DNA of 55,764 bases from Verrucomicrobiia bacterium (GTDB taxonomy: Bacteria; Verrucomicrobiota; Verrucomicrobiia; Limisphaerales; UBA11358): positions 1-55,764 of the forward strand of contig DASRCU010000238.1 of NCBI GenBank assembly GCA_035652955.1, written 5' to 3'. Shown here piece after piece: positions 12,817 to 22,375 of this stretch (position 1 is its first letter; every line of letters begins with the position of its first letter). The notes under the pieces were generated by a model. The model did not search any database and was not told the origin of the DNA. It worked only from the letters and a program-made list of their open reading frames with translations. The position numbers and the translations under genes were made by a program.

Positions 12817-14709
12817 ATGAAAAAAATTTTCATCTCTCTGCTGGCGCTGGCGTTGGTTACCGTGGTGCGCGCGGCCATTCCGCCGGCGGAAAATTTGCTG
12901 CCGGAGGACACGTTGCTGGTGCTCACCGTGCCGGATTTCACCCGGATGAAAAGCGCGGCGCAGGAATCGCCGCAATGGCAGTTCTGGAACGACCCGGCGA
13001 TGAAACCGTTCCACGACAAATTCATGGCCAAATTCAAGGAAACCTTCGCCGGCGCGTTGGAACAGGACCTGGGGGTGAAACTGTCCGACTTCGAGAATTT
13101 GCCGCAAGGCCAACTGACACTGGCCCTCACCCGGAACGGCTGGACCGGCAGCGACGATACGCATCAGCCGGGCGTGCTCCTGTTGCTGGACGCCGGAAGC
13201 CAGAGCGCTCTGCTCAAGACGAATCTGGCCGGGGTGGAAAAAAAATGGCGCGAGGCCGGCAAACCGGTACACACAGAAACCGTTCGCGGCGTGCCCTTCA
13301 CCGTCGTGCCGTTTTCCAGCAATGGCGTGCCCGGTCCGCTGGCCAAACTGTTTCCGCCGCCGCCGGCCGGTTCCGGAGCTCCACCGGAAAAGCCCCGGCA
13401 ACTGGTTGTCGGCCAGTTTGAATCGCTGCTGATTGCCGGCAATTCTCTGGACGCGGTGGAACCGGTGGTGGCGCATCTCTCCGGCGGGGGCGCGCCGGCC
13501 CTGGCCGACAACGAACAGTTTGCCGCCGACAAACTCGCGCAGTTGCGCGACCGGCCGTTGTACTACGGCTGGTTCAACGCCCAAAACTTTTTCACGGCAC
13601 TGGCGCGGAGGCTCCAGCCGGCGTCCGATGACCAGTCCTCGCCGGGTTTCCAGCCGCCGTGGGACCGAATCATCGCCGCCGCCGGTTTGACCGGCGTCAA
13701 GTCGGTGTGCTTTTCTTACCGGCAAACTCCCGAAGGCGCGCAGACGGATTTTTACCTCGCCGTTCCGCAATCCAGCCGGCGAGGCCTGACCGCCGTTCTT
13801 TCCGCGGCCCATGAATCGGCGGCGCCGCCGCCATTTGTGCCGGCCGACGCCGTGAAATTTTCACGCTGGCGTGTGGACGGTCGCAAGACTTGGGATGCCC
13901 TGCAGAAGATGATCGGAGACATTTCACCGGCGGCGCTGGCCGGCCTGAATTCGGTCATTGACCTGGCCAATGCCGCCGGCCAGCAAAACGACCCCTCATT
14001 CGACATCCGCAAAAACTTCATCGGCAATCTCGGCGACGACTTCATCAGTTACCAGAAGGTTCCGTTGGGCAAGACGCTCCAGGATTTGAACAACCCTCCG
14101 TCGCTGTTCCTGATCGGGGTCAACAACGGCGATCAGGCGGCCGCTGCCCTCAACAGCCTGGCGGTGCTGGCTTTGGGCCGCGGACAGGAATCGCCCAAAC
14201 CGCGTGAATTCCAAGGCCACAAAATCTACACCATCCGCCTGCCACACCCCCCGGGGACCGCGACGGATGCAGACGGCGCGGGACCGCGCTCGCTGTATTG
14301 CGTCGCCGGCAACGGGTATCTGGCATTGACGACGGACGTGACGATGATTGAAGAATTTCTCCGCAGCGCCGGCAAGCCCCCCCAACCGTTGAGCGGCACG
14401 CCGGGATTGATTGACGCCGCGCAACACGTCGGCGGCACCGGAGGCGGCATCTTCGGCTACAACAATCAAAGCCAGATCATGCGCTCGGTGTTCGCCGCCC
14501 TCAAAAATTCGGCCGGCACGGATCATCCCCTTTCAGCCGGTCCGCTGGCGGCGTTGCCCAGGGATTTCCGCGACTGGCTGGATTTTTCGCTCCTGCCCGA
14601 CTACGACCAGGTGGCACGGTATTTTTCCTTTTCCGTGTATGGCGGCAGCGCCTCGGCCGACGGTTTCACGTTCAAACAATTCACCCCGCGCCCGCCGGGA
14701 TTGAATTGA
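12817..14709 (+). CDS. Secreted hypothetical protein (about 630 aa)
   Basis: The ATG at 12817 gives MKKIFISLLALALVTVVRAA (signal peptide), then IPPAENLLPEDTLLVLTVPDFTRMKSAAQESPQWQFWNDPAMKPF. No catalytic motif recognised. A resemblance to DUF3352-type proteins rests on memory only. The ORF track begins at a GTG at 12802. Confidence 0.7.
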   Translation: MKKIFISLLALALVTVVRAAIPPAENLLPEDTLLVLTVPDFTRMKSAAQESPQWQFWNDPAMKPFHDKFMAKFKETFAGALEQDLGVKLSDFENLPQGQLTLALTRNGWTGSDDTHQPGVLLLLDAGSQSALLKTNLAGVEKKWREAGKPVHTETVRGVPFTVVPFSSNGVPGPLAKLFPPPPAGSGAPPEKPRQLVVGQFESLLIAGNSLDAVEPVVAHLSGGGAPALADNEQFAADKLAQLRDRPLYYGWFNAQNFFTALARRLQPASDDQSSPGFQPPWDRIIAAAGLTGVKSVCFSYRQTPEGAQTDFYLAVPQSSRRGLTAVLSAAHESAAPPPFVPADAVKFSRWRVDGRKTWDALQKMIGDISPAALAGLNSVIDLANAAGQQNDPSFDIRKNFIGNLGDDFISYQKVPLGKTLQDLNNPPSLFLIGVNNGDQAAAALNSLAVLALGRGQESPKPREFQGHKIYTIRLPHPPGTATDADGAGPRSLYCVAGNGYLALTTDVTMIEEFLRSAGKPPQPLSGTPGLIDAAQHVGGTGGGIFGYNNQSQIMRSVFAALKNSAGTDHPLSAGPLAALPRDFRDWLDFSLLPDYDQVARYFSFSVYGGSASADGFTFKQFTPRPPGLN

Positions 14710-14712
14710 ACT

Positions 14713-16488
14713 TCATTTCACCGGCAAGGTGATGCATACCGTCGTCCCGCGGCGGGGTTGCGAACGGACGCGGAGGGTTCCGTGATGCGTTTCGATGATG
14801 CGCCCGACGATGGCCAGGCCCAAACCGGTTCCTTTGGGTTTGGACGTGCTCAAGAGGGCCTTGAAGGCGCGGCGCTGGATTTCCTCACTCATGCCGCCGC
14901 CGGTGTCTTTGAATTCCACCGCCACCTGCGCCGGACTGACGACGCGGGTTTTGACGGTGAGGGTGCCGCCGTGGGGCATGGCTTCGGCCGCGTTGAGAAT
15001 GAGGTTCAAAAACGCCTGTTCCAATTGCGGCGCGTCCCCCATCACCGCCGGCAGCTCAGGTTGCAAATCGCGCACAAACCGGATGTGTTGGTGAGCCAGC
15101 TTGTGCCGCACGAGTAACCCCAGTTCATCAATGAGTTCGTTCAAATTCACCGGTGCCGGCTGCGGTTCGGTGGTGCGCGCAAAATCCAGAATCCGTTCAA
15201 CGATTTTGTTCAGATGATCAATTTTTTCGCCGAGGATGCGGGCATCGCGGGCGCGCGGGTCGCCGGCGGGAAATTTCAGGTTCAGCGAGTGGTACAGCAG
15301 CTTCATCACCGTGAGCGGATTGCGGATTTCGTGAGCGACTTCGGCGGCCAGCAGGCCGAGCGCGGACAGTTTTTCGTTCTGCCGCAATTGCTCCTCCACA
15401 TCCACCGCGCGTTCGTAAAGCTGTGCTCGTTGCAGGGCAATGGCCGACAATTCCGCCAGCGCGCTTAAAATGCGGATTTCCTCGTTTGAAAAATGGTAGG
15501 GCCGGCTGGTGTACACATTGAGCGCGCCGAGCGCCTCGCCGGCAAACAACAAAGGGACGCTCAACAGGGAAATCAACCCTTCGCGCCGGGCCACGTCCAC
15601 ATTCTGATAGCGGGTGTCCACCTGCACGTTGGGCACCTGCAGCGGTTTTTTCCGGCGCACGACGACGCCGAGCAGGCTTTCCTCCACGCTCAGGCGCGGT
15701 TTTTTCAAATACGCCCCGCCCGCGCCGTGGCTGGCGCGCAAATCCAGCCACTGGCGGCTTTCATCGAGCATCAGCAGGGAACACATTTTGGCGCGCATCA
15801 GACGGCAGGCTTCGCGCGTGATGGCCCGCAACGCCTCGTCGAGGTTCAGGGTGGAATTGATGGTCCGGCTCACGTTGATCAGCGATTCGAAGAGGCTGGC
15901 CTTCACGCGCAACTGTTCGTACCGCCAGGTGTGATGAATGACCATGGCAGCCTGCGCGGCCAGTTCCTGAAGCAGTTCCTCATCTTCAGCGCTGAAGGCG
16001 TCCGGGCGGTCCGAATCCACATTGAGCACGCCGCGGATTTCGCCGCCGACCTCCAGCGGCACGGCCAGTTCGGATCTTACGCCGCGCCGCACAGCGACAT
16101 AGCGCGCATCCCGCGCGACATCCCCCACCCGCGCCGGCCGGCCCGTGCGGACCACCCAGCCGGTAAGGCCCTCGCCCAGGTGCAATTTCAGTTTTGCCGC
16201 CGCCGCGGGCAGATTTTGTGAGGCGTGAATTTCCAGCAGGCCGGTGGTGGGGTTGAGCAGCGCGACCGAGCCGGAGGAGGCGCGCACCGCCCGCACGGCT
16301 TCGCGAACGATCCGTTGCAACGCCTCCTGCGGCTCCAGCGTCGAATGAATGACCTTGCTTACCTGATAGAGCAATTGCAGCCGTTCCAGACGCGAATCCA
16401 GACGGGTCGGAATGTCGTTCACCGTTTTCCTTTCCGATTTCAATTTTTTCGCCGCAGGCCACCGCCGGTTTGGACGCGAGCTTCGCAT
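14713..16488 (-). CDS. Cytoplasmic sensor histidine kinase with two GAF domains
   Basis: Two GAF-like blocks (one reads ALLNPTTGLLEIHASQNL...GLTGWVVRTGRPARVGD...ELAVPLEVGGEIRGVLNVD; a second similar block follows). H-box AAEVAHEIRNPLT. HATPase G-boxes DTGGGM and GTGLGLAIVGRIIETHHGTLRV. No transmembrane segment and no adjacent response regulator. Confidence 0.85.
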   Translation of the reverse strand: MRSSRPNRRWPAAKKLKSERKTVNDIPTRLDSRLERLQLLYQVSKVIHSTLEPQEALQRIVREAVRAVRASSGSVALLNPTTGLLEIHASQNLPAAAAKLKLHLGEGLTGWVVRTGRPARVGDVARDARYVAVRRGVRSELAVPLEVGGEIRGVLNVDSDRPDAFSAEDEELLQELAAQAAMVIHHTWRYEQLRVKASLFESLINVSRTINSTLNLDEALRAITREACRLMRAKMCSLLMLDESRQWLDLRASHGAGGAYLKKPRLSVEESLLGVVVRRKKPLQVPNVQVDTRYQNVDVARREGLISLLSVPLLFAGEALGALNVYTSRPYHFSNEEIRILSALAELSAIALQRAQLYERAVDVEEQLRQNEKLSALGLLAAEVAHEIRNPLTVMKLLYHSLNLKFPAGDPRARDARILGEKIDHLNKIVERILDFARTTEPQPAPVNLNELIDELGLLVRHKLAHQHIRFVRDLQPELPAVMGDAPQLEQAFLNLILNAAEAMPHGGTLTVKTRVVSPAQVAVEFKDTGGGMSEEIQRRAFKALLSTSKPKGTGLGLAIVGRIIETHHGTLRVRSQPRRGTTVCITLPVK

Positions 16489-16501
16489 CGAAAATCAGAA
16501 C

Positions 16502-17647
16502 TCATCTGACCCGCGCCGTGAGCCACAGGCCGGCCAGTCCAAAGATCAAATTCGGCAGCCACGCCGCCAGCCAGCCGGGCAGATGCCCGCCGGCGCCGAG
16601 CGCGTAAGCCACCTTCTGAACCACAAAAAAGGCGAAGCAGATGAACAGGCTGCCCGCCACGCCGGCAAACAAATTCCGGCGGCCCGACGCGGCGCCAAAC
16701 GGAATGGCCATCAGCACCACCACCAGGCAGGTCCACGGCGCCGCCAGCCGCGTGTGCAGTTCCGTCAACAGCCAGCCCGAATCCCCGCGCGCCCCGGCGC
16801 CGTCTCCAGTAAACTGCAGATGCGACAGAATGTCCGCAATCGAAATATCCGCCTTGTGTTTGCCGAGGCTCTCATAGGCGCTGATCTTCATTTCCACGGT
16901 AATCTGGCGCGGCGTTTCCCGGAAGGCCGGCAGGGTCAGGACGTTGGTTTCCGGCCGGGGCACAAAGGGGGACCGCTCATTGGCCTGGACGAATTCCTGC
17001 GCGTGATAAAACGTCCACTGGCCGTTGGTCCAGACCGCCCGCGCCGCTCGCAACACCCATTGCGAGCCGTCGGGCAGGGTTTGAATGACTTCCGGCGCGA
17101 TCAGTTCGGCGGCAGCGGGGCGAAATTCGTCAAACTTCCAAACGCGGCGCGCCGGGACGTTAACGAAGCCGTGAAACTGGCGGCGCATCGAAAAATCATC
17201 CGGCTTTTGCACGTAACGCTGCAAAATTTCTCGCGCCCAATCCGTGCTGCGCGGCACCACGTATTCGTTCAGCGTGAATACCGCCGCGCCGGCGACCAAT
17301 CCCACCAGGAAATACGGCGCGCAAATGCGCCAGAGGCTCACCCCCGCGGCGCGCATGGCGGTGAGTTCCTGATGGCGGGCATGATGGGTGAGCGCGAACA
17401 ACAGGGCCAGCAACAGTGCGATGGGCAGAATGGTCGCCAGAAATTCAGGCGTCATCGCCGCGACATATTCCAGCACGTCCGGCAGATGCAGTTTGCGCTC
17501 CTGCATTTCCTGAAGTTCGTTGAAGAGGTCCCACGAAATCCAGAACACCAGGAAACCGCCCAGAGCGTAGCCCAGCGGGGTGAGCAATTCGCGCAGCACG
17601 TATCGGTCCAACAACCGCATCGCGCCAGCGTAGTCGGGGCGGCTCAT
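16502..17647 (-). CDS. LptF/LptG-family (YjgP/YjgQ) LPS export permease
   Basis: MSRPDYAGAMRLLDRYVLRELLTPLGYALGGFLVFWISWDLF... shows the typical N-terminus and a six-transmembrane layout with a periplasmic middle domain. Confidence 0.8.
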   Translation of the reverse strand: MSRPDYAGAMRLLDRYVLRELLTPLGYALGGFLVFWISWDLFNELQEMQERKLHLPDVLEYVAAMTPEFLATILPIALLLALLFALTHHARHQELTAMRAAGVSLWRICAPYFLVGLVAGAAVFTLNEYVVPRSTDWAREILQRYVQKPDDFSMRRQFHGFVNVPARRVWKFDEFRPAAAELIAPEVIQTLPDGSQWVLRAARAVWTNGQWTFYHAQEFVQANERSPFVPRPETNVLTLPAFRETPRQITVEMKISAYESLGKHKADISIADILSHLQFTGDGAGARGDSGWLLTELHTRLAAPWTCLVVVLMAIPFGAASGRRNLFAGVAGSLFICFAFFVVQKVAYALGAGGHLPGWLAAWLPNLIFGLAGLWLTARVR

Positions 17648-17778
17648 GGCGGCGAATCAAAAGTTGCCTGCCCGAATCCCAGGCGCATCCACGATGGTTT
17701 TACGGACCGGGGCGATCGGCGGGTGAAACCTCGCAGCCGTTTTTGTGGTGTCCCGGCTTTCGTTCGGCCGGTTCTGGT

Positions 17779-20490
17779 TCAGCCGGGGCGTTCGCCGGTG
17801 CTGGAGGAGGCCGGTTTTACCAATTCAATCTTGACCAACTCCGCGCTGTGCGGGGCGACCGGCATGGAAAATTCGTTCCGGAATTTCCCCAAATCCTTCT
17901 GACGCCACAAATCGCGGACGATGTGTTCGCCGGAAATTTTCAGGTCGCTCCATTTGGCGGTGACGGTGAGAGTTCCATTCGTGCCGGTGTTGAACAGACC
18001 CACGGCGATTGAACCGTCTTGAAGCGGCTTGGCATAGACGCGCCAATCCTCGCCCCTGGCCACGCAGACGCCCGGTTGGCCGAGGGCATCCTGGTCCACG
18101 GCGAGCACTTCGGCGTTTTCCAGCAGATTCAAGGTGAAGGCGTCCAGACGGGTCAGGTCGTTGCCCAGCAGCAGCGGCGCCGAATCCAGGCACCAGAGCG
18201 TCAGGTGCGTGTATTCCTCGTCGGGCGTCAGACCGGGCTGACCGCGTTCGGCGTTGGCGATTTCAAGCATGTCCGGGTCGTTCCAATGACCGGGCCGGCA
18301 GAAACGCCTCCATTTTTCCTGGTCGAAGCCGTGAGTAATCATGGAGTGCCAGTTGGCCTTGATGTCCCCGGTGGTGCGCCAGCAGTTGGCCAGCGGGGTG
18401 ACGGCCGGGGCATTGGTGATGTTCAGGTTGTTGGACAGGCTGAAGACGATGTCACGTCCGCAATGCCGCAAGGCGTCGTACATTTCTTTGGTTTCGGGAT
18501 ATTCAATCGGGTTCCAGTCGTATTTCAAATAATCCACGCCCCAGGCGGCCCACTGTGTGGCGTCGTGGGTGGCGAAGTGATATGGGCCGATGGCCCAGGG
18601 CAGTTCCTTTTTGTTGAGGTGTCCGCGTTTGGGAATTGTCGGCGGCGACCACGCGCCATCGGGGTTTTCCGAACTGCCGCCGACGTGGTTGGCGTAGGAC
18701 GTCGTCCACGGCGTGGAGTAGATGCCGATTTTCAAACCCAGCGCGTGGACGGCGTCGCACAATTTTTTCATGTCGGGAAATTTTTCGTTGGGCTGGATGG
18801 CGTGGAAGGGTCCGCCGCGCCGGCCCTGCCAGGTGTCGTCAATGTTCACGTAAGTCCAACCGTAATTGATGAGGCCGGAGGAAACCATCGCCTGAGCATT
18901 GGCCAACACGATGGCCTGATTCACGCGGCCGGCGTAATGGTTCCAACTGTTCCAGCCCATCGGCGGCGTGAGGGCGATGGTTTCGCCAACGATGATCCGG
19001 AATTTCTTCTGATCCTCGCCCAGGGCGTTTTGCGCGCGCAGGGTGACCCGGTAATCCCCCGGCCGGGACAACATGCCGGTGATTTGACCGCTCTGCGGAT
19101 CCAGTTGCAAACCGGCCGGCAACCCGTCGGCGGAAAAAGTCATCGGCCGGTCGCCCGTCGCGGGAATGTGGTAAAGGAAGGGATGGTCCGGCCGGACGCC
19201 GAAGACATCCGGGCCGTTGATCCGGGGCGTGTGCGGGGCCGGCGGCGTGCGGATTTCCGCGGGTCGCGGGAAATCGCCGGAAGACACAGCAGAGGAGTTG
19301 GGGGGTGGATCAGCCGAAAATGGAAACCACAAAACAGGTTGCGTGATGGCGGTGTTGCGGCGCACTTCGGGATTGGACACATCGGCGGAAAGACTTTTCC
19401 AAAGGTTGAGATATTTGGGTTCGTGATAAGCCAGGCCGGCAAATAACAGACAGGGTTCTTGTCGCGGCCAACCGTTCCACGCCTGCACGTCTTTGGAATG
19501 GCCGTCGGCCAGCCATTTGTTCTTGTCTGCCAAATAGGGATACAAAAATTCCATCGCCCGTTTCATGCCGCGCCCGTCGGGCAGGGTGAAGGTCCACAAA
19601 TCGTTGGTGGCGGTCGAGAGCACCTGGCACAGCGTCGCCAGGTTGTCAAGTTGGAAAATGGAATAGCCGTAGGGTTTGGTGCGGGCCAGTTCGCGCGGAA
19701 AACTGCCGTCCAGCGCCATCTGATCCGGGAGGAAAACCTCCTGGAACCGGCGCCGGCATTCGGCCAGCGCGGCCTCGTCGCCGGTGAACTGAGCGAACAC
19801 CGCCACTTGCAGCCAGAAGGCCACGGCGTGATTGTTTTTGGCATTGGCTTCCTCGCGGCCGTTTTTGCTGGTCTGCATCCAGTGCAAATAATCGGCAAAC
19901 CATTTTTTCAGGCCGGCCAGCACCTCCGGCGGAAACGCCGGAGATTTTTCCATTGCCTCAATCGCGCGGGGCACTTCGATCAAATGCAACGTGTCAATGA
20001 TGCCAATGCCGCGGCCCGGTGACACGCCGGGAATGGCCTGGGCAAATTGCAGGTTGGGATTCATCCGCGTCTTGGGGTCCAGGAAAAACACGTGTAGCAG
20101 CTCAACGGCTTTGGTCACGTAACGGTCGTCGCCGGTGATTTGATAGGCGGCGCCGAGGGCGGCCACCGCCTCGTGCAGTTCGTGCAGGCACCGCCGGTGG
20201 GCGTTGAAATTGGCCGGGTTGGAATAGCCGTCGCGGCGGATGTACGGCAGGCCGTTGCTCGTGTTCGGATTGGGCCACCAGTAATCGCCGTTGGAGTAGT
20301 AATCGTTCGGGCCGCCCTCGCTCAACGGGGCGCGATATTTCGTGATGGTCAGGGGCGGCTGTTTCAACGCGGCGGCGGCGGCCTGCAAAATGCGAGGCCG
20401 CTCCTCCGCCGCCACATCCGGCGGCAGTGCAGCCGGTGCGGGCGGCAAACACCCAGAGACCAGTGCAACAAGCATGATGGCGGTTTTCAT
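17779..20490 (-). CDS. Secreted multidomain enzyme: polysaccharide-lyase-like (alginate-lyase type) N-terminal domain, Ig-like linker, and GH27 alpha-galactosidase-like C-terminal domain
   Basis: The ATG at 20490 gives MKTAIMLVALVSGC. The N-terminal domain carries NDYYSNGDYWWPNPNTSNGLPYIRRDGYSNP. The middle region carries PMTFSADGLPAGLQLDPQSGQITG. The C-terminal domain carries GWNSWNHYAGRVNQ...YGWTYVNIDDTWQ...GVDYLKYDWNP. Confidence 0.75.
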   Translation of the reverse strand: MKTAIMLVALVSGCLPPAPAALPPDVAAEERPRILQAAAAALKQPPLTITKYRAPLSEGGPNDYYSNGDYWWPNPNTSNGLPYIRRDGYSNPANFNAHRRCLHELHEAVAALGAAYQITGDDRYVTKAVELLHVFFLDPKTRMNPNLQFAQAIPGVSPGRGIGIIDTLHLIEVPRAIEAMEKSPAFPPEVLAGLKKWFADYLHWMQTSKNGREEANAKNNHAVAFWLQVAVFAQFTGDEAALAECRRRFQEVFLPDQMALDGSFPRELARTKPYGYSIFQLDNLATLCQVLSTATNDLWTFTLPDGRGMKRAMEFLYPYLADKNKWLADGHSKDVQAWNGWPRQEPCLLFAGLAYHEPKYLNLWKSLSADVSNPEVRRNTAITQPVLWFPFSADPPPNSSAVSSGDFPRPAEIRTPPAPHTPRINGPDVFGVRPDHPFLYHIPATGDRPMTFSADGLPAGLQLDPQSGQITGMLSRPGDYRVTLRAQNALGEDQKKFRIIVGETIALTPPMGWNSWNHYAGRVNQAIVLANAQAMVSSGLINYGWTYVNIDDTWQGRRGGPFHAIQPNEKFPDMKKLCDAVHALGLKIGIYSTPWTTSYANHVGGSSENPDGAWSPPTIPKRGHLNKKELPWAIGPYHFATHDATQWAAWGVDYLKYDWNPIEYPETKEMYDALRHCGRDIVFSLSNNLNITNAPAVTPLANCWRTTGDIKANWHSMITHGFDQEKWRRFCRPGHWNDPDMLEIANAERGQPGLTPDEEYTHLTLWCLDSAPLLLGNDLTRLDAFTLNLLENAEVLAVDQDALGQPGVCVARGEDWRVYAKPLQDGSIAVGLFNTGTNGTLTVTAKWSDLKISGEHIVRDLWRQKDLGKFRNEFSMPVAPHSAELVKIELVKPASSSTGERPG

Positions 20491-20536
20491 GCGCGAAACG
20501 CCCTCACCGTAAGGATTGTCGTGCAGCGCAGCCATT

Positions 20537-20548
20537 GAACAAACGTTC
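20537..20548. promoter_or_regulatory. Palindromic motif copy S3, GAACAAACGTTC
   Basis: In the divergent spacer between the lyase/GH27 gene (ATG at 20490) and the GH29 gene (ATG at 20610). Flanked as ATT-GAACAAACGTTC-AGG. Confidence 0.5.
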
Positions 20549-20609
20549 AGGTGGGGAAAGCTTGACCGGATCGTGCGCGTCGGTTTGATTGGATTCCACC
20601 AGCATTGTT

Positions 20610-22013
20610 ATGAAACAATTCATCATCTCCGGATTTTGCTTTTCGGCGGTTTTGATTCCGGCCGCCGCGCTTTGGTTTTCCGCGGCGGCTTCGCCAGCCG
20701 CGGACACGAATGACCCGGCCTATGAACTGTGGCGGCAGGAATACGGCCCGACACACGAGCAGCGCATGCAATGGTGGCGCGACGCCAAATTCGGCCTGTT
20801 CATTCACTGGGGCATTTATGCCGTCCCCGCCGGTACCTACCACGGCCAGCAATCCCAACACATTGGCGAATGGATCATGCGCGACTTCAACATTCCCGTC
20901 GCCGAATACGCCCAATACGCCGAACAATTCGATCCGACCAATTTCAACGCCGAACAATGGGTGCGGCTCGCTAAAGACGCCGGCATGAAATACATCGTCA
21001 TCACTGCCAAACACCACGACGGCTTCGCCATGTTTCACACGCGCGTGGACCGCTACAACGTCTATGACGCCACGCCGTGGCACCACGATCCCCTGGCTGA
21101 ATTGGCCGCCGCCTGCCGTCGGGAAGGCCTCCGGCTCGGCTTCTATTATTCTGAGGCTCAGGACTGGCATCATCCCGGCGGTGTCGCGGCCAACAAACAT
21201 CCCGAAGCGGACGTGGACGCCCAGCATCACTGGGACAAGGCGCAGGAAGGCAGCATGGATGATTACCTTCAAACGGTCGCCGTGCCGCAAATCCGGGAGC
21301 TCTTGACCGATTACGGCCCCGACGTCCCGGCCGTTCTCTGGTTTGACACGCCCATTGGCATGACCGACGAACGCGTGGAGAAAATTCTGCCGCTGCTGAA
21401 ATTGAAACCGGACCTCATCATCAACAATCGTCTGGACTCGCATCATCTCATTGGCGATTACCAGACGCCCGAACAACACATCCCCGCCAACGGCCTGCCC
21501 GGCGATTGGGAAACCTGCATGACCATCAACAACACCTGGGGTTACAAAAGTTTCGACCACCACTGGAAGAGCACTGAGACGCTCATCCACAATCTCATTG
21601 ACATCGCCAGCAAAGGCGGCAATTACCTGCTCAACGTCGGACCGACCGCCACCGGGGTGATTCCGCAACCCGAAGTGGAGCGGCTGGAACAAATCGGCGC
21701 CTGGATGAAAGTCAACGGCCAGGCCATCTACGGCACCACCAAAAGCCCGCTCCCCTCCCCGCCGCCGTGGGGCCGCGTCACCCAAAAAGGCCGCACGCTT
21801 TACCTGCATGTCTGGAACTGGCCCGCCGACGGCAAATTGCTCGTGCCGGGGTTGAAAAACAAGGTGCAATCCGCCGAACTGCTGGCCACCGGCGAAAAAC
21901 TCAAAGCCGTTTCCGCAGCCGACGGCATCACCGTTTCCGTGCCCGCCGATGCGCCGGACAGGATTTCCTCGACGATTGTTCTGAACATGACAGGCGCGCC
22001 GGAAGTCCAGTAA
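20610..22013 (+). CDS. GH29 alpha-L-fucosidase
   Basis: Signal peptide MKQFIISGFCFSAVLIPAAALWFSAAASPA. Followed by WWRDAKFGLFIHWGIYAVPAGTYHG, AKDAGMKYIVITAKHHDGFAMFHT and LWFDTP. The ORF track starts at a TTG at 20589. Confidence 0.92.
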   Translation: MKQFIISGFCFSAVLIPAAALWFSAAASPAADTNDPAYELWRQEYGPTHEQRMQWWRDAKFGLFIHWGIYAVPAGTYHGQQSQHIGEWIMRDFNIPVAEYAQYAEQFDPTNFNAEQWVRLAKDAGMKYIVITAKHHDGFAMFHTRVDRYNVYDATPWHHDPLAELAAACRREGLRLGFYYSEAQDWHHPGGVAANKHPEADVDAQHHWDKAQEGSMDDYLQTVAVPQIRELLTDYGPDVPAVLWFDTPIGMTDERVEKILPLLKLKPDLIINNRLDSHHLIGDYQTPEQHIPANGLPGDWETCMTINNTWGYKSFDHHWKSTETLIHNLIDIASKGGNYLLNVGPTATGVIPQPEVERLEQIGAWMKVNGQAIYGTTKSPLPSPPPWGRVTQKGRTLYLHVWNWPADGKLLVPGLKNKVQSAELLATGEKLKAVSAADGITVSVPADAPDRISSTIVLNMTGAPEVQ

Positions 22014-22294
22014 AACGTGCAACAGAGGAGGAGTTTGACGGCCCTTTTCTCCGCGCCGTTTTTGCAGGCCAGTGGTTTGGTGGTCTTCGTTAAATCGCCA
22101 CTGCTCACGATGATATTTCCGTTGTCCGCCTCAACAACAGGTCCTTCGGTTGATAAACCGCAAGGCGGATTCGGCGGCGGGCAACAGGGCGGTGCCTGCT
22201 GAAGCCAGTCCCAGCCATCGTGGCCGCGAAAAATTTGTCCGTCGGAGTCAGACATCGTTTTGTATTTTCCCAAAGTTGCCTCGCGTGGGGAATT

Positions 22295-22306
22295 GAATGT
22301 TTGTTC
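22295..22306. promoter_or_regulatory. Palindromic motif copy S4 (one mismatch), GAATGTTTGTTC
   Basis: 70 nt upstream of the GH2-like gene ATG. It is inverted relative to S5, which starts 29 nt downstream. Confidence 0.45.
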
Positions 22307-22323
22307 GCTCGCGGCCCGGGCTA

Positions 22324-22335
22324 GAACAAACGTTC
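22324..22335. promoter_or_regulatory. Palindromic motif copy S5, GAACAAACGTTC
   Basis: 41 nt upstream of the GH2-like gene ATG (22376). Confidence 0.5.
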
Positions 22336-22375
22336 AGTAGCCGGTGGGGCTGTTCGCGGCAACCATGAGGCGAAA

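Noticed and set aside
11558-13812. ORFs 11558-12724 (+, 388 aa) and 12685-13812 (-, 375 aa)
   Set aside because: They lie antisense to the pseudopilin-like copy A gene and the secreted 630-aa protein gene respectively. Their composition is Arg/Gly-rich and I saw no motifs.
16412-19446. ORFs 16412-17902 (+, 496 aa) and 18019-19446 (+, 475 aa)
   Set aside because: They lie antisense to the LptF/G gene and the lyase/GH27 gene. The translations are junk-like.
20547-22022. Minus-strand 491-aa ORF covering the whole fucosidase gene
   Set aside because: The plus-strand translation carries clear GH29 motifs, while the minus-strand product has none.
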